Origin: Pristiophorus japonicus
Lineage: Eukaryota
Direction: 5' to 3'
Length of the DNA stretch: 64,000 nt
Assembly: GCF_044704955.1 (NCBI RefSeq)
Contig: NC_091979.1
Span: 54,436,001 to 54,500,000, forward strand
Part shown: piece after piece, positions 50,067-63,410 of the stretch
Layout: every line of letters starts with the position of its first letter
Numbering within the stretch: position 1 is the stretch's first letter
Notes under the pieces: model-generated
What the model was told of the DNA's origin: nothing
Databases searched by the model: none
The model's input: only the letters and a program-made list of their open reading frames with translations
Program-made: the position numbers and the translations under genes

Positions 50067-51155
50067 ATTGTGACTACGGCTCAAAGGCCGTAACTGTAAA
50101 ACTAGATTCTCCATTTAGCCTTTGATGAAGTTGTTTTTGGAAGTAAATTGGAGAGATTGTTAGAAACCTTAAGAACCAAGCACCGAACCTTTATGGCACA
50201 CTCTCCATTATAGATACCTGATCATCTGAGCTGAAACAGTCCTTTGGTATTGGGGGTAACTGAACATGTTCTTCCTGAGCAGCAATTAGGCATTCTGTGG
50301 TGTTGCTTCATTAATCTCAAGAAGTCAGGTGGGCTCAGTCCATACATGATTGAGACAGAAACGATTGCCAATCTTCAAGTTGAGATTAGATAGGTAAATG
50401 AAGGAAAGGGGTGAAGGGATATGATTATAAGGTGGATAAATGTAATCAGGATTGTTTGCTCGTGTGGTGGCTAAACACTGACTGGTTGGGCTGAATGGTC
50501 TGTTTGTGGAACTTCTGTGTATTTCTATGTATGCAGCAGTGTGGCATAAAAGGTACTGCTTGAACCAGCAAAAGGTTCCAGTATACTTATCTCTATTGTG
50601 TGGCTTGTGAGCATGGTGTTGTCGATCAGCAGCAATATCCTGGATGAAATGCCTGCTTGAAGAAAAAAGTCTCACTTCCTGGCAGATGAGCAATCGCAAC
50701 AAAACTGCTCCATCCCCTTTTCACAGCCCAATACTTGAGTTTATAAAGAGAACACAGCTTTCTGGAAAGAACCCATAACTTTCTGGAAAGAAAGTGTGAA
50801 TGGCTACCTGTTGGCTGTCTGTTCCTTAACTGCTCAATTGCCAAATCAAGCAACCTGGCTTGTTTGTTGTAGAAAGTGCCTTGTCTCCTGCATTCTCGTG
50901 AAAAATCAGGTGAGAATGCCAATTCCCATAGCTGTCTATGATAATGCATATTTCCTCAATTACCATTAAATATCACTTATTTGAGACAAAAGGAGAGTCT
51001 AAATCACACTATTTACAGAGCTATAAGGAATAGCAGGTGGCAGTCCTGGTCGATGTAATGTGCGCATTCCACCTGGGCTGACTGTGCTCCATTGTGCAAT
51101 AACCAGTTTAAAGCAATCCTATTGCAAACCTTTATAAAGAAAGATACAAAATAAA

Positions 51156-51307
51156 GGCTGGAAATTTCTGCAGAGCTGCTCTTGCTCCATTGTCGTAACT
51201 TCGTCAGATGTGCGGCAGAAGTCCTGTACTGCGCACAAAAAGGATTTGTGCCCAAACTCCGGTGAAGTTACGACAGTGGAGTGCGTGCAGCTCTGAAGAA
51301 ACTGGCC
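51156..51307. mobile_element. Short hairpin-type MITE
   Basis: ~35-bp inverted arms cagagctgc..ctccattgtcgtaacttc / gaagttacgacagtggag..gcagctctg. Confidence 0.6.
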
Positions 51308-51785
51308 TTCTGACAGTTATGACGAATGGTCATCAACCAGAAACATTAACTCTGTTTCTCTACAGATGCTACCTGACCTGCTGTGTTTCCAGCATTTTCT
51401 GTTTCTATTACTGTAAATAGACCATCTTTTTACATTCACCTAAGGTTAAGAATACTACAAAATTAGTGAAACATGTGCAATTTATAAAGGTACATTTATG
51501 TGTAGTTTAAGTGGGTTTTTTTCAAGACAGTTGGGCCAATCTTCGGAAGCTAACTCCCTCCAACCTTTTCTATGGCAGAGTCTCCTACTGTATTCGTAAT
51601 GCACATTATTTCAAATCTCAGACTTCATTGCTGCAAAAGATAGCTTTGCTAGTGCACAAGGATAATATAGAAGATTTTGGAAGTTTATCAATCCATTTTT
51701 GCTTAATGCTCTTTCAAGTTGGGGTTCAGCATGAACTCAGGTAATACTTTAGAATTAGTGGAGGATACTCCTTGACAGTGAAGTA

Positions 51786-52179
51786 CAGGTTGAACCTACC
51801 TTATCCGGAACCCTCTAGACCAGGCCTGTTCCGAATGAAGGATATTTCCGGATAAGGGGAGGTCACATGTAACCTCACCTTATCCGGAAATATACCTCAT
51901 TCGGAATAGACCAGGTCCCAAGGGTTCCGGAGGGGAGGTCACATGTGCTGTGGGTGAGGGTGTGGGGGGGACGGTTGATGAGGGAGGGAGGAGGTTGGCG
52001 GGCCAAATGGGCCTGGCAGTCCCCCAAGATGTTGTCGGGCCCCGAAGTTGGGTAAAGTTCTTTTTCATTGATATGTAAATTAATTTGTCATTGATATTTT
52101 TCACCGACTGCGTTGTGCACATGCGCCACCTGGGAATGGTTCCGGATAAGGGAGTTACGGATAATGGAGGTTCAGCCTG
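51786..52179. mobile_element. Tc1/mariner-superfamily (Tigger/pogo-like) MITE
   Basis: TA|caggttgaacct..ttatccg ... cggataatggaggttcagcctg|TA; subterminal ttatccggaa repeats. Confidence 0.8.
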
Positions 52180-52833
52180 TACAAGTTTATTTTAAATTTG
52201 TGCCGACTGCTACAAAGAATTACATTAAATCAGGCATTCCTCAAATACGATCATACACAGTACAGGTAACTCAAACTGGATACATGTTATCCAAACATTA
52301 AATTTAGATGTACCAAACCATTATACAAAATTTCTCAACCAGGCATAATATGTACATATATTATCCTGATCTGTGCATCAAATTTACCCAAATTATTCAT
52401 GTTTTATTGTTCACTTCACTGAATATTGTCAGTCCAGTACATATCAGTCATGTTTCACATAACGATAAGTTCTTGCAAAGATCGTAATTTGTACAATAAA
52501 GCATTTAACCTCAGATTCACTTGCAGCATGTGAGTAAATGGGTAGAAAATGCAAACATTACAAACTGGTCATGTTGTTTTACATAAATGGTCCATAGATA
52601 TTTGATCCAAGCATAGCATTACTTTGCAAACAAGTTATGTCTTTATCAGGCTTCAGCTATCTCGAAATTCTTAAATATCTTTCATACCCATTCTGAGAAA
52701 CATTTGCCCCAAAGTACATTGTAGTTTTTATTGAAGCAAAAGCAAAATACTGCAGATGCTGGAAATCTGAAATAAAATGCTGGAAATACTCAGCAGGTCA
52801 GGCAGCATGTGTGGAGAGAGAAAGAGAGTTAAC

Positions 52834-53894
52834 GGGCCCAAGTTTCCACATGATTTGCGCCTGATTTTTAGGAGGAACTGGTGGAGAACGGACTATCTTA
52901 GAAATCGCAATTCTCCACATTTTTTTTTCTGCAGTTCTAGTCAGGTAGAACAGTTCTACTTTGGAACATAATTTTTTCTTCAAAAGGGGGCGTGTCCGGC
53001 CACTGACGCCTGATTTCAAAGTTTCCACAATGAAAACGTACTCCAAACTAACTTAGAATGGAGCAAGTGAAGATTTTTGTAGAACTGAAAAAACTTGTTC
53101 TACACATTAAAAAATCAGGCGCAGGTTACAAATTAGGCGTCCAGAACGAGGTGGGGGGGGGGGGAAGAGAAGTCATTAAATTCTACAATAAATCCTTATT
53201 TATACTTATACAAATATTATACAAATAAATCCAACCTGAATAAACAGTTATAAGCAAAGAAAAGATTAAATAAACCATCTTCCTACCTGTGTGAAAGTGC
53301 TTCAGGCACGGAGAATGCTGCAGTCAGCCTGAGGCGCCCATTCTTCCCACGGTGGGGGGGAGGAGGCGCCCGTTCTTTCCCGTGGGGTGGGGGAGGAGGC
53401 GCCCGTTCTTTCCCGCCGGGGGGGGGGGGGAGGAGGCGCCCGTTCTTCCCGCTGGGGGGGAGGAGGCGCCCGTTGTTTTCCCGGGGGGGTGGGAGGAGGC
53501 GCCCGTTGTTCCCGCGGGGGAGGGGGGAAGGAGACAGTGAGAAGGCTGCAAGTGCTGATGTGCTGATGGCAATGTGCTTTTATTAAAAAATGTTCAAAAA
53601 TTAAACAGCTACAAAGAACTACAAAAATGGCCGAGTGCCAATGTTTCCTTCACACTGCGCGTGCGCGAACGCTCCAACGCGCACGCGCAGCGTTGCCGGC
53701 AGGAAAAAAACTAATTTAAATAGTACCCGCCCCCTCCCACTTACAAAATCGGCGCGAGTGTAGGCTCCGCCCCCCTGGGCGCCGCGCCAGGCAGACAAGG
53801 AGCTGCAGGGCGCGCCAGAATCGCAAGTTTTTTTTCCGGCGCCGTTTTAGGCTCGGAGGGGCGCCCGTTTTTTATCGTGTGGAAACTTGGGCCC
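52834..53894. mobile_element. Harbinger MITE
   Basis: Perfect TIRs gggcccaagtttccaca, perfect TSD AAC; splits a Penelope terminal repeat (52735-53927). Confidence 0.92.
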
Positions 53895-55421
53895 AACATT
53901 TCAGGTCAATGACCTTTCGTCAGAACTGCTTTTATTGTATTGTTTGTTTCGTATAAGCCTATCATAAAGTTGATTGCCGGGTTGGTCACAGCAGCGTTGA
54001 TAATATAGCTTTCACCTTTAACAGAGGGGGGAAGCTCTCGAGGTTAAAATGCATTTATACAATTGGTTTCTAAACATACATTCTGTCCCAAAAAACAGAT
54101 ACATGCTGTATGTCATCTCAGCCCTGAACAAAATGCTTGAGTAGAGTCTGAAAGGACTAATGTTGCCTATGACAAAAGACCTTGAAACTCTGGCTAAAGA
54201 GAATGTTCTTTTGTACGTTATCCATGTAGGCAAGGTTGTTTTATCAATTAGAATTTGAAACTTTGACAAGGTCTAATATAATATGAAATAACTGTTGACA
54301 GGAAGTGTTACTGAGAGATGATGCAGGCTTTTTAAAAATAAGGTACAGTCAGAGTTAAGATTCTTCCCGTTTCTATTGTTTTAGCTGGTATAATCAGGAG
54401 ACAAAAAAAGACAAAATCCTAACCACTGAGAGCATATCCTGTAGGATGTTCCATCTTCTTCACTGAACTACTTAAACATCCACTTTCCGACCTATATCTT
54501 TGTTAAACAGAAAATCCAGTTGTAAAATCAACATATTGTATTTAATTATTCTCCCTGAAGTTAGTCAGTTCCTCAGTACTGTGAAATAGATGGCATTCAG
54601 TTTGGCTGCCAAAGGATATGAGGGCATGGAGTTTTCGCTCGATTTTGCTGGGTTTTTTTGCTGTAATTCCCGCGAAATTAGCATAACCGGCGCAAAAGAT
54701 TGCGGAATTTTAAGCGCAATTTGCGTTCAACGCATATCAAGTTTCAGCGATCTTTTGCACTAGTTTTAAAAACATTGCATGAGAAGCACGTCCCACCCAC
54801 CAAAACTGGCCATGCCCCCAGAGTGAATTAATCACCTTTGGGAGTTTCTGCTAATTGCACTCGTTTGCAGGACTTCGAAGGGGCTCAAAAAATTAAGCTG
54901 GAACTTTTGGGTGTAAGGACATTAATTGGTACATTTTGAACAGTTTTGAATTATTTTTTGTTTAATTTACTAAGGTACTCACTACTCTACCCCAATCTAA
55001 CCAGAAAATAGTTTTATATAATTTTTTTAATAGTCAATTTCAGTAATTTCAAATCCGATTACTCACAGGTGGTGGATTCACACCAGGGCTAGAATTTCCT
55101 ATCAGCCCGCCAGTGCCCAATCGCCGCCCAACAGACTGCTAAGACTGGGAAGATTATCGCTGGCGAAAACTTTCCCCTCAAAAAATAAAAAAAATCCGTC
55201 GAGCAAAAAACATGGGCCTTGCACCCCATTCTGGTCGAAAAAGTGCAATTTAGGGTCGATTGGGTGGTTCGTAAACAAGATGGGTAAAAAATAACATAAA
55301 TCAATAAAAATTTACCTCGGTTTTTCTGGTGTTGGGCTCTGCGGGTTGGGCCCAACACCAGAAAAACATTAAAAACAATTTTTCAAAAAACATTAACAAA
55401 AAAATATTCCGAAGACACTTT

Positions 55422-56883
55422 GGGCCCAAGTTTCCACATGATTTGCGCCTGATTTTTAGGAGCAACTGGTGGAGAATGGACTATCTTAGAATTCGCAATT
55501 CTCCACATTTTTTTTTCTGCAGTTCTAGTCAGGTAGAACAGTTCTACTTTGGAACATAATTTTTTCTTCAAAAGGGGGCGTGTCCGGCCACTGACGCCTG
55601 ATTTGAAAGTTTCCACAGTGAAAACATACTCCAAACTAAAGTAGAATGGAGCAAGTGAAGATTTTTGTAGAACTGAAAAACCTGTTCTACACATTAAAAA
55701 ATCAGGCGCAGGTTACAAATCAGGCGTCCAGAACGAGGTGGGGGGAGGGGGGGGAAGGGAATTCATTAAATTCTACAATCAATCCTTATTTATACTTATA
55801 CAAATATTATACAAATAAACCCAAGCTGAATAAACATTTATAAGCAAAGAAAAGATTAAATGAACCATCTTCCTACCTGTGTGAAAGTGCTTCAGCCAGG
55901 GAGAATGGTGCAGCAAGCCTCACAAAACGAGGGAGCCGACCAAACGTGGGCGGGGGGGAGGGAGCCGACCGAACGCGGGCGGGGGGGAGGAGGGAGCCAA
56001 CCGAACGCGAGCGGGGGGGAGGAGGAGGGAGTCGACCGAACGCGGGCGGGGGGGGGAGGAGGAGGGAAGGGAAGGGAGCCGACGAACGCGGGGGGGGGTG
56101 GAGGGAAGGGAGCCGACGAACGCGGGAGGGGGGGGGGAGGGAAGAGAGCCGACCGAACGCGGGCGGGCGGGAGGGAGCCGACCGAACGCGGGGGAGGGAG
56201 GGAGCCTACCGAACGCGGGGGTGGGGCGGGGGGAGGGAAGGGAGCCGACCGAAGGTGGGGGAGGGAAGGGAGCCGACCGAACGCGGGCGGTAGGGAGGGA
56301 GCCGACCGAACGTGGGGGGGGAGGGAGGCAGTCGACCGAACGCGGGGGGAGGGGGGGGGGGGGGGGAATGGAGCCGTTCCAGACGGCTGGCGGGAAAGAG
56401 AGAAGGCTGCAGGAAGCCTCAGCAATTGAGGAGCCATTTCCCGACGGCAAAAGGGGGAGGTCGTCGGGAAACGGCTGCCTCAACTTTCTGAGGCTTCCTA
56501 CACCCTTCTCATTGCTACAAGAAGCCTCTGTGCTGATGGCAATGTACTTTTATTAAAAAAATTTCAAAAACTAAACAGCTACAAAGAACTACAAAAATGG
56601 CCGAGTGCGAATGTTTTTTTCACACTGAGCATGCGCGAACGCTCCAACGCGCACGTGCAGCGTTGCCGGCAGGAAAAAAAATAATTTAAATAGTACCCGC
56701 CCCCTCCCACTTACAAAATCGGCGCGAGTAGGCTCCGCCCCCCCTGGGCGCCACGCCAAGCAGACAAGGAGCTGCAAAGCGCTCCAGAATCGCTCGTTTT
56801 TTTTCCGGCGCCGTTTTAGGCGCGAAAAACGGGGGCCCAGCTCGGAGGGGCGCCCGTTTTTTATCATGTGGAAACTTGGGCCC
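55422..56883. mobile_element. Harbinger MITE with G-rich minisatellite core (~55930-56370)
   Basis: Perfect TIRs gggcccaagtttccacatgat; arms nearly identical to 52834-53894; TSD not preserved (TTT/CAT). Confidence 0.88.
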
Positions 56884-57096
56884 CATAAAACTAAATCACC
56901 ACAACACATTTTTAAAATAATTAGTAAAAAAACAGTTACTAACCTTTTTCTTGCAGAGGTACTTAGCTACCGCCCAGCTCCGCTCATCCTCATGGTTGCT
57001 TTTAAAAATAACTTACCTACGGGTCATTGCTCAGCCAAATATCGCGGCAGTGCGATTTGCGGACAGTGCACGCCGGCGGTCTGCTCCCCAGGGGTA

Positions 57097-57625
57097 CAGG
57101 TGCGACGTCCAAAATCCGGAGTTCCGGAATGTTCCGGACACCGGGCAAATCCGTGGCAGGGTCGTCCGGAAACCGGAAAATGTTTCAAATCCAGACCCCC
57201 CCCCCGGTTCCAGCTGTCCGACCTCCCCCGGCTTCCGGCCACCCGACCTCTGGCTGTCCAGCCTCGGCCTGACCCCCTCTGGCAGCCAGACCTCCTCTGA
57301 CCTCCACCCGACCCCCGCATCCAGCCGACCTCTTGCGGCCCGACCGACATCCCCAGCCTTGGCCCAACTCACCCCCCCCCACCCAACCGACATCCCCGAC
57401 CTCTGGAGGCCCGACTGACCCCCCCCCCCCCCCCCACCACCTCAGGTGGCTCGACTGACCTCCCTGGCCCAATTTCCGGCTGCCTGACCTCCACCCACCG
57501 CCACGGCCTGACCAACCACCCCCACCCCCACCTATTTCCCTTGGCCCAGGCAAAGCCGTTACAAAATCCGGAAATACCCGGAAGGGCCTCGCTCCCGAGG
57601 TTTCCGGCTTTCGGACGTCACACTG
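57097..57625. mobile_element. Tigger/pogo-like MITE
   Basis: TA|caggtgcgacgtccaaaatccgga ... tccggctttcggacgtcacactg. Confidence 0.7.
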
Positions 57626-59473
57626 TCCCTCGAAACTCAAGACATTTTCACTCACCTGATTACCGCCCATAATGGCCAATATTGCCCAGAAACTGGCCGG
57701 TAAACCATTGGAAATTCCAGCCCACAGAGATTTTAAATGCATATTTTTTGTGATAAACCATTATCAGCCGTATTAATCAAACTTACCATTCTTAAATTTA
57801 TCAAGGAATATTTATAAAGCAAATTTAAAAAAAACAAAATGACTGTTTAAAACGCTGCTCGATTTCACTGGTTCATGGCAGATTTTGCATTCGGGGTCTT
57901 GCAAATGATTTCAGCGGAAACTGGGGGATGGGGAAACACTTGTTGAAATGGGCGCAATTTGCACCAGAAACGCCAGTTGCACCTAATGTGGAAATTCTAC
58001 TCTGTTGAATGAGTGAGTCCAACAGAATTACATAATATCAATAATGTCATGAGTGTATCGTGAAGTGAACTCTTCTGCTAGATGATGTAACTAAAGGGAT
58101 CCACTCTCCCAGTATTTTTAAACTATGATTCTAGTTAGTATCCATGATTCTTGCAAATAACTACTGTTTATGTAACATGTAAATTAAAAATTAAATTCCA
58201 ATGATGGGGCAGGTAATGTTTGTCAATTAACAGTAGTGTGTATCATTTATTAAAGTTTTTTATTGAGAAATTAAGGCCAAGAGCCAATACGCATATTGCA
58301 GGACAGAATGAGGTAAATTTTGAATTCGTGATTGGGTAATGCCAAACTTGGGTTTTAAAAGCTTGAAGACTGAGGAAGGCAGCAAAGATAGAGAGGCAAG
58401 GAGTTCCCTGGTTTTGAGGATCTGAGACAGAATGGGTTACAACAGGAGATTTATCATGAGTTTTGATTTTAACACATTTGGGAGGGATATAGCGAGGAAG
58501 AAGAGTATGTCAGACTGCTTGAAGCTTAGAAGGAACATGAAAGCAAAGCTTGGAGGGGCATTGAACATAGTACTATTAATTAATGAGAAAGACAAGGTTA
58601 TGATGATAAGGTTGGAGGCTGAAAGTGCAAGACAAATTGTGTATTAAGTGATGAGCCATTTCTTGTATTCCATCCAAGACTGCAAGAAAGGTACTAGAAG
58701 AGCCTCTTCAAATATGGTAACAGTGTTGGATGGATTTGAAAGTTAACTTGAGAATTAAAAGTTGCCGAGGAAAAGATGTGTTAGGTGCACAACTTCAATA
58801 GAAGAGATGTGGGCATCGGAGAAGAAAGTGAGACCAGGAATGTTGATAAATGAAAAAAATCTAAGGGTGGAGCCATCAAAGTAAAAGGTTCAAGCTGTTG
58901 ATTAGACTTGAGAGGACTTGGAGAAATCAAGATGTAATGAATCAGTATTGTAGGAGGACTGAAGATTGAGAGTACTGAGGGTGTAAATTCTGAAGGAAGT
59001 TGATTAATATAGAGTGGATAGCATTAAATTAAGAAATTGAGATGATGAACAAAGGATTGGAACACCAGGAGAGAATATTCTAAGTGTTGAGCTGTGGTTC
59101 TGAGCCCCCTGAGGTGGTTAAGAATGTTAGCAGCTCATTTAAAAATAATTATCAAAAAGGGGAAAACAAGAGTCCTATGTAATAGGTCTGTGAGACTAAT
59201 AATTTTATCGTACAGTAACTCTTAAGAAAAGCTGAAGAATGTCGTTCTTCACAGTTAATGACCTGCTAACTGTTGCATTCTCAGAAATCTCATGTTTCAA
59301 AACTACACATTCTTGTGATTTCATTAGTGTGTCTTTAATTATTGAAAAAAGGCATTCTCCTATTTTTTAATGAATGAGAAAATTTAAGGACTTTGTAAAC
59401 AAAAGGCATGTTGTAGAATCCACATCAGTTTTCAGGTAGCAAATTGCTACTAGATCAAAATGCCCAGTGACTA

Positions 59474-60240
59474 AGAACATAAGAATTAGGAGCAGGAATA
59501 GGCTATACAGCCCCTCGAGCCTGCTCTGCCATTACATAAGATCATGGCTGATCATTGACCTCAATTCCATTTTCCTGCCCTATCCACACTAATTCACAAC
59601 ACTCTGAGTGAGGAAATTCCTCCACATCTCGGTCTTCAGTGGCCGACCCCCTATCCTGAAATTATACCCCCTAGTTGTAGACTCTCCATCCAGGGGAAAC
59701 AACCTCTCAGCGTCTACCCTGTCAATCCTCCTCAGAATCTTATATGTTTCAATGAAATCACCTCTCATTCTTCTAAACTTCAGAAAGCATAGACCCAAAC
59801 TATTCAATCACTTCTCCTAGGACAACCCTCTCATCTCAGGAATAAATCTAGTAAACCTTTGTTGCACTGCCTCCGAAACAAATATATCCTTCCTTCAATA
59901 AGGAGACCAAAACTGTGCACAGTACTCTTGGTGTGGTCTCGCCAATGCCCTGTACAATTGTTGCAAGACTTCCTTACTGTTGTACTCCAACCCTTTAGCT
60001 ATAAAGGCCAACATGCCATTTGCCTTCCTAATTGTTTGCTGTACCTGCATGCTAGCTCTATGTTTTTTGTACTAGGACATCCAAATCTTTCTGAACACCA
60101 ACATTTAATAGTTTCTCACCATTTAAAAAATGTTCTGCTTTTCTATTCTTCCTATCAAAGTGAATAACCTCACAATACCCCACATTATTGTCCATCTGTT
60201 ACCTTATTGGCCACTCACTTAACCTCTATATCCGGCTGCA
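59474..60240 (-). mobile_element. 5'-truncated CR1
   Basis: Tail aagaacataagaattaggagcagg; peptide FRRMRGDFIETYKILR. Confidence 0.88.
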
Positions 60241-61234
60241 AGCTCTTTGCAGGCACTAAAAGTAGTGTCACAGTGCTTGTAATGTTGAAAACCCTGGGTG
60301 AAGATTAGTAGAATATTGATGCTATATTTGCCATTTAGTCTTGTGTTTTGACCAGCAGTTGTTTTGAGGTTGCCTGTGCCCTCCACTTGGGGGAAGTTTT
60401 GAATTAAGTACAGTTTATTTTCATTTGTGTCATTCAATGCCAAATAACAAGCTGGTACTGGGGAAAGGGTTACACTAACAATCATTAAACACCGTGTAGC
60501 TGAAAGAGCTTTCAATGAAATAGATTGTATTTTAGATCTGTTGGATGAAAAATTATTTATAATTCCGATTTGGATTGTGAAAAATGAGGAGATATTTTAA
60601 CGATCTTTAGATTTTAGTCTTTTCATACTAGCTGGTACATTGTTGCCGTCTGCCCTTTTTATTTTATAATTTCCTTGTGGCGGGGAATGCTAAATTATGA
60701 TCTTTGTCCAAAACAGGTATGCAGTTTCAGAAAACAACAATCATACTTATTATTTAGTATAAACATAAACGTATATATTATTCCTATTTGTTTGGCATTT
60801 TTCTGCTCTTCCTCTTGCTCTGCAAACCACTCACCAGTGAACTAATTTCAGTATATTCATTTAACGCATGAATAGATATGGTATTAAATACATTAATACA
60901 GATGTACCCTCAACTGCAAGTTTTAAACATTACCTAAAACTGAAGTATTTTGTGTGAGTAGCAAAATGTAGCATTGTGATGATATGGCAGATCTCTGTGC
61001 ACATTCCTGTGATGCACTGTAAAAAGAAAGTACTGGCATAATGCCTTACTGTGACTGCTCCACCTTACGGGTCAAATAGTTCTGCTTTCTCTTTAATGTG
61101 GAGTTTGTTCATTTTAGCAAAAAGCAAATCTTATTCTCTGGAACAAAATGTTGTAATATATTATTGCACAGTGTGCTTGGCTATGAATCTTGTTCAGGGC
61201 AGGTGTGTTTTGAACTCATACTCCCACATTCATT

Positions 61235-61946
61235 GGCCCAGAAATTGGGTACTGCCCCATAACTCTTGCGAGGTGCGAGACTTTGCACTTGGTGCAGAAA
61301 TCTCACCCCTCAAGATAAATTGGGGTCATCGCCCCCGAAAGGAAATGGAGCGCTAAATCAAGCGCTCCACTTCCTGGGGCAGGAGCGGGGTGCACAGCTC
61401 AGCAGCGCTACGCATTGGGCTGCGTAGCGCTGCCCCGTACGTGGGCTCTTCTCTGAATTAAAGGGAAGGGCCCAAGCTGTATACTCTGCATACGAGGAAC
61501 CCACCTACCTAGACTACGGGGAGTGGGGGTGCCACGCGATCAGCCCTGCACATAAGCAGAATGCTGAGCTGAGCAGTCACGGCACCGAGCCCGCGACCAA
61601 AGCGTCACCGGAGCGGGAAGCGAAATGGAAAGTTTTTTTTCAGCAGCTGCTGGCCACCTCCCCATTAAATTTTGCCCCGGTAGCGGCAGGCCGCTGGGTA
61701 CACGTCCCCTGAAGATGTCTCTGTTATCACCCAGCGCAGCTTCAGGGGGATGAAACCCAATTTACTTGCTGGGGCGCTAATGGTGCGATGCAGATGGCGA
61801 TAACGCACGATCCCCAGACGCAGGAAATCGTAGTGCAGCGTCGCCACTAAACTCCCACAGAATTTAGCGGGAGTCGTTAGCGGCGCTGCGCCCGGTTGCA
61901 AAGTCATTTGCGCACCATTAGCGCTAACGCACCCAATTTCTCTCCC
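61235..61946. mobile_element. Harbinger-type MITE
   Basis: TIRs ggcccagaaattgggt / acccaatttctctccc; flanks ATT/ATG; empty site present in the paralogous segment at ~63090. Confidence 0.75.
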
Positions 61947-62451
61947 ATGGTTTTTAAAGAAAAATCCCAACATGAGCCTTTTTCATTGCTGTCTCAGCTA
62001 GGAATGAGACCTTGAAATGATGTTGTGCAGGTATTGGCTTTAAGAGTTTGAATGCAATTCCGTCAAGAGGTTGCAATCAAGGATGAGCAAATGAGATTGG
62101 CCAGTGGTGAATTGGCATTAGGGCCTACCTCAAGGTACGGCAGTGTCTGACATCTGTTTGGCACTCACCTTAATGACCCAGCCAAAACCGAGAGGTTGCT
62201 GTGTGGGGAATTGTAAATACAAACATATCCTTCCGATCTGTGCAGCAGATTGATGGCACTGACTACCATTTAGAATTCATTCCGAGACAGATCTTTTTTA
62301 ACAAAAAAAAGTTGATGTATTTTTCAGTTGAATTTAAATCTTTGAAAAACTTGTATTTTCAGCATTTGCTTTCAGTAACGCGTAAAATCTGCAGTTGAAG
62401 ATACACACCTGTATGAATGTATTTCGTGCAATATCTATTTATTTATCAAAT

Positions 62452-62600
62452 GAACATAAGAACATAAGAAATACGAGCAGGAGTAGGCCATCTGGCCCCT
62501 CGAGCCTGCTCTGCTATTCACTAAGATTATGGCTGATCTGAACTTGGGCTCAGCTCCACTTCCTTGCCCGCTCCCCATAACCCTTGACTCCCTTGAATCC
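62452..62600 (-). mobile_element. CR1 3' end
   Basis: gaacataagaacataagaaatacgagcaggagtaggcc. Confidence 0.85.
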
Positions 62601-62809
62601 AAAATAAATATACTGAAATTAGTTGACAAGCCATTTTAATTGGAATTCAGGGAATCTGGGCTGGGAGAGTTGTGCAACAGAAAAACATGTTCCAGCCGTA
62701 TTGATCTGTTATTGTGTGACGATTAAAGAAAACAATGGCACCATTGTTAACTGCAAATGAACATTGCAGGAACAATAAGCATAACTTTTTATATCTGTTC
62801 TTTTCTACA

Positions 62810-63205
62810 GTATTTTGTGTGAGTAGCAAAATGTAACATTGTGATGAATTGGCAGATCCCTGTGCACATTTCTGATATGATGCATTGTGAAAATAAAATA
62901 CAGGCATAATGCTTCACGCTCATTGCTCCACCTTAGGGATCAAATAGTTCTGTTTTGTCTTTAATGTGAAGTATGTTAACTTTTTAGCAAAAGCAAAGTT
63001 TTATTCCATGAAATTATGCTGTAATCACAGTGCACTTGTCTATGAATCTTGTTGAGGGCAGGTGTGTTTTGAATGCACACTCCCAAACTCATCTTTTTGA
63101 AGCAAAATCCCAACACAAGCCTTTTTCACTACTGCGTCACCTAGCAATGAGGGCCTTGAAATGATGCTGTGCAGATATTAGCTTAATGTGTATGTATGCA
63201 ATTCC
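62810..63205 (+). repeat. ~400-bp diverged direct repeat of 60945-61234 plus 61947-62061
   Basis: Colinear from gtattttgtgtgagtagcaaaatgta to atgcaattcc. Confidence 0.85.
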
Positions 63206-63410
63206 TTTGTTCACCAATTTAACTCCGTTCAAATAGCAGCCTAAGGAATTTGCTCATTTTCACACAGCATGATTTCAAGGCTAAAGCGTATTATTATATT
63301 GATATCTTACTCTGTATTGATATATAAAAAAGGACCCCACTATGCGCAGACCCAAGACTCATCTTTGCCCTCATTTCCAAATTACTACACGGTGCAGTAA
63401 TAAAGAAAGA

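Larger units (their letters stand above)
55086..57723. mobile_element. Older Harbinger-type MITE hosting two younger MITEs
   Basis: TIRs gggctagaatttcc / ggaaattccagccc; flanks CCA/ACA. Confidence 0.65.

Noticed and set aside
62830-62876. C/D-box snoRNA (gtgatga...ctga)
   Set aside because: Boxes are too close together and the D box is not kept in the paralogous copy.
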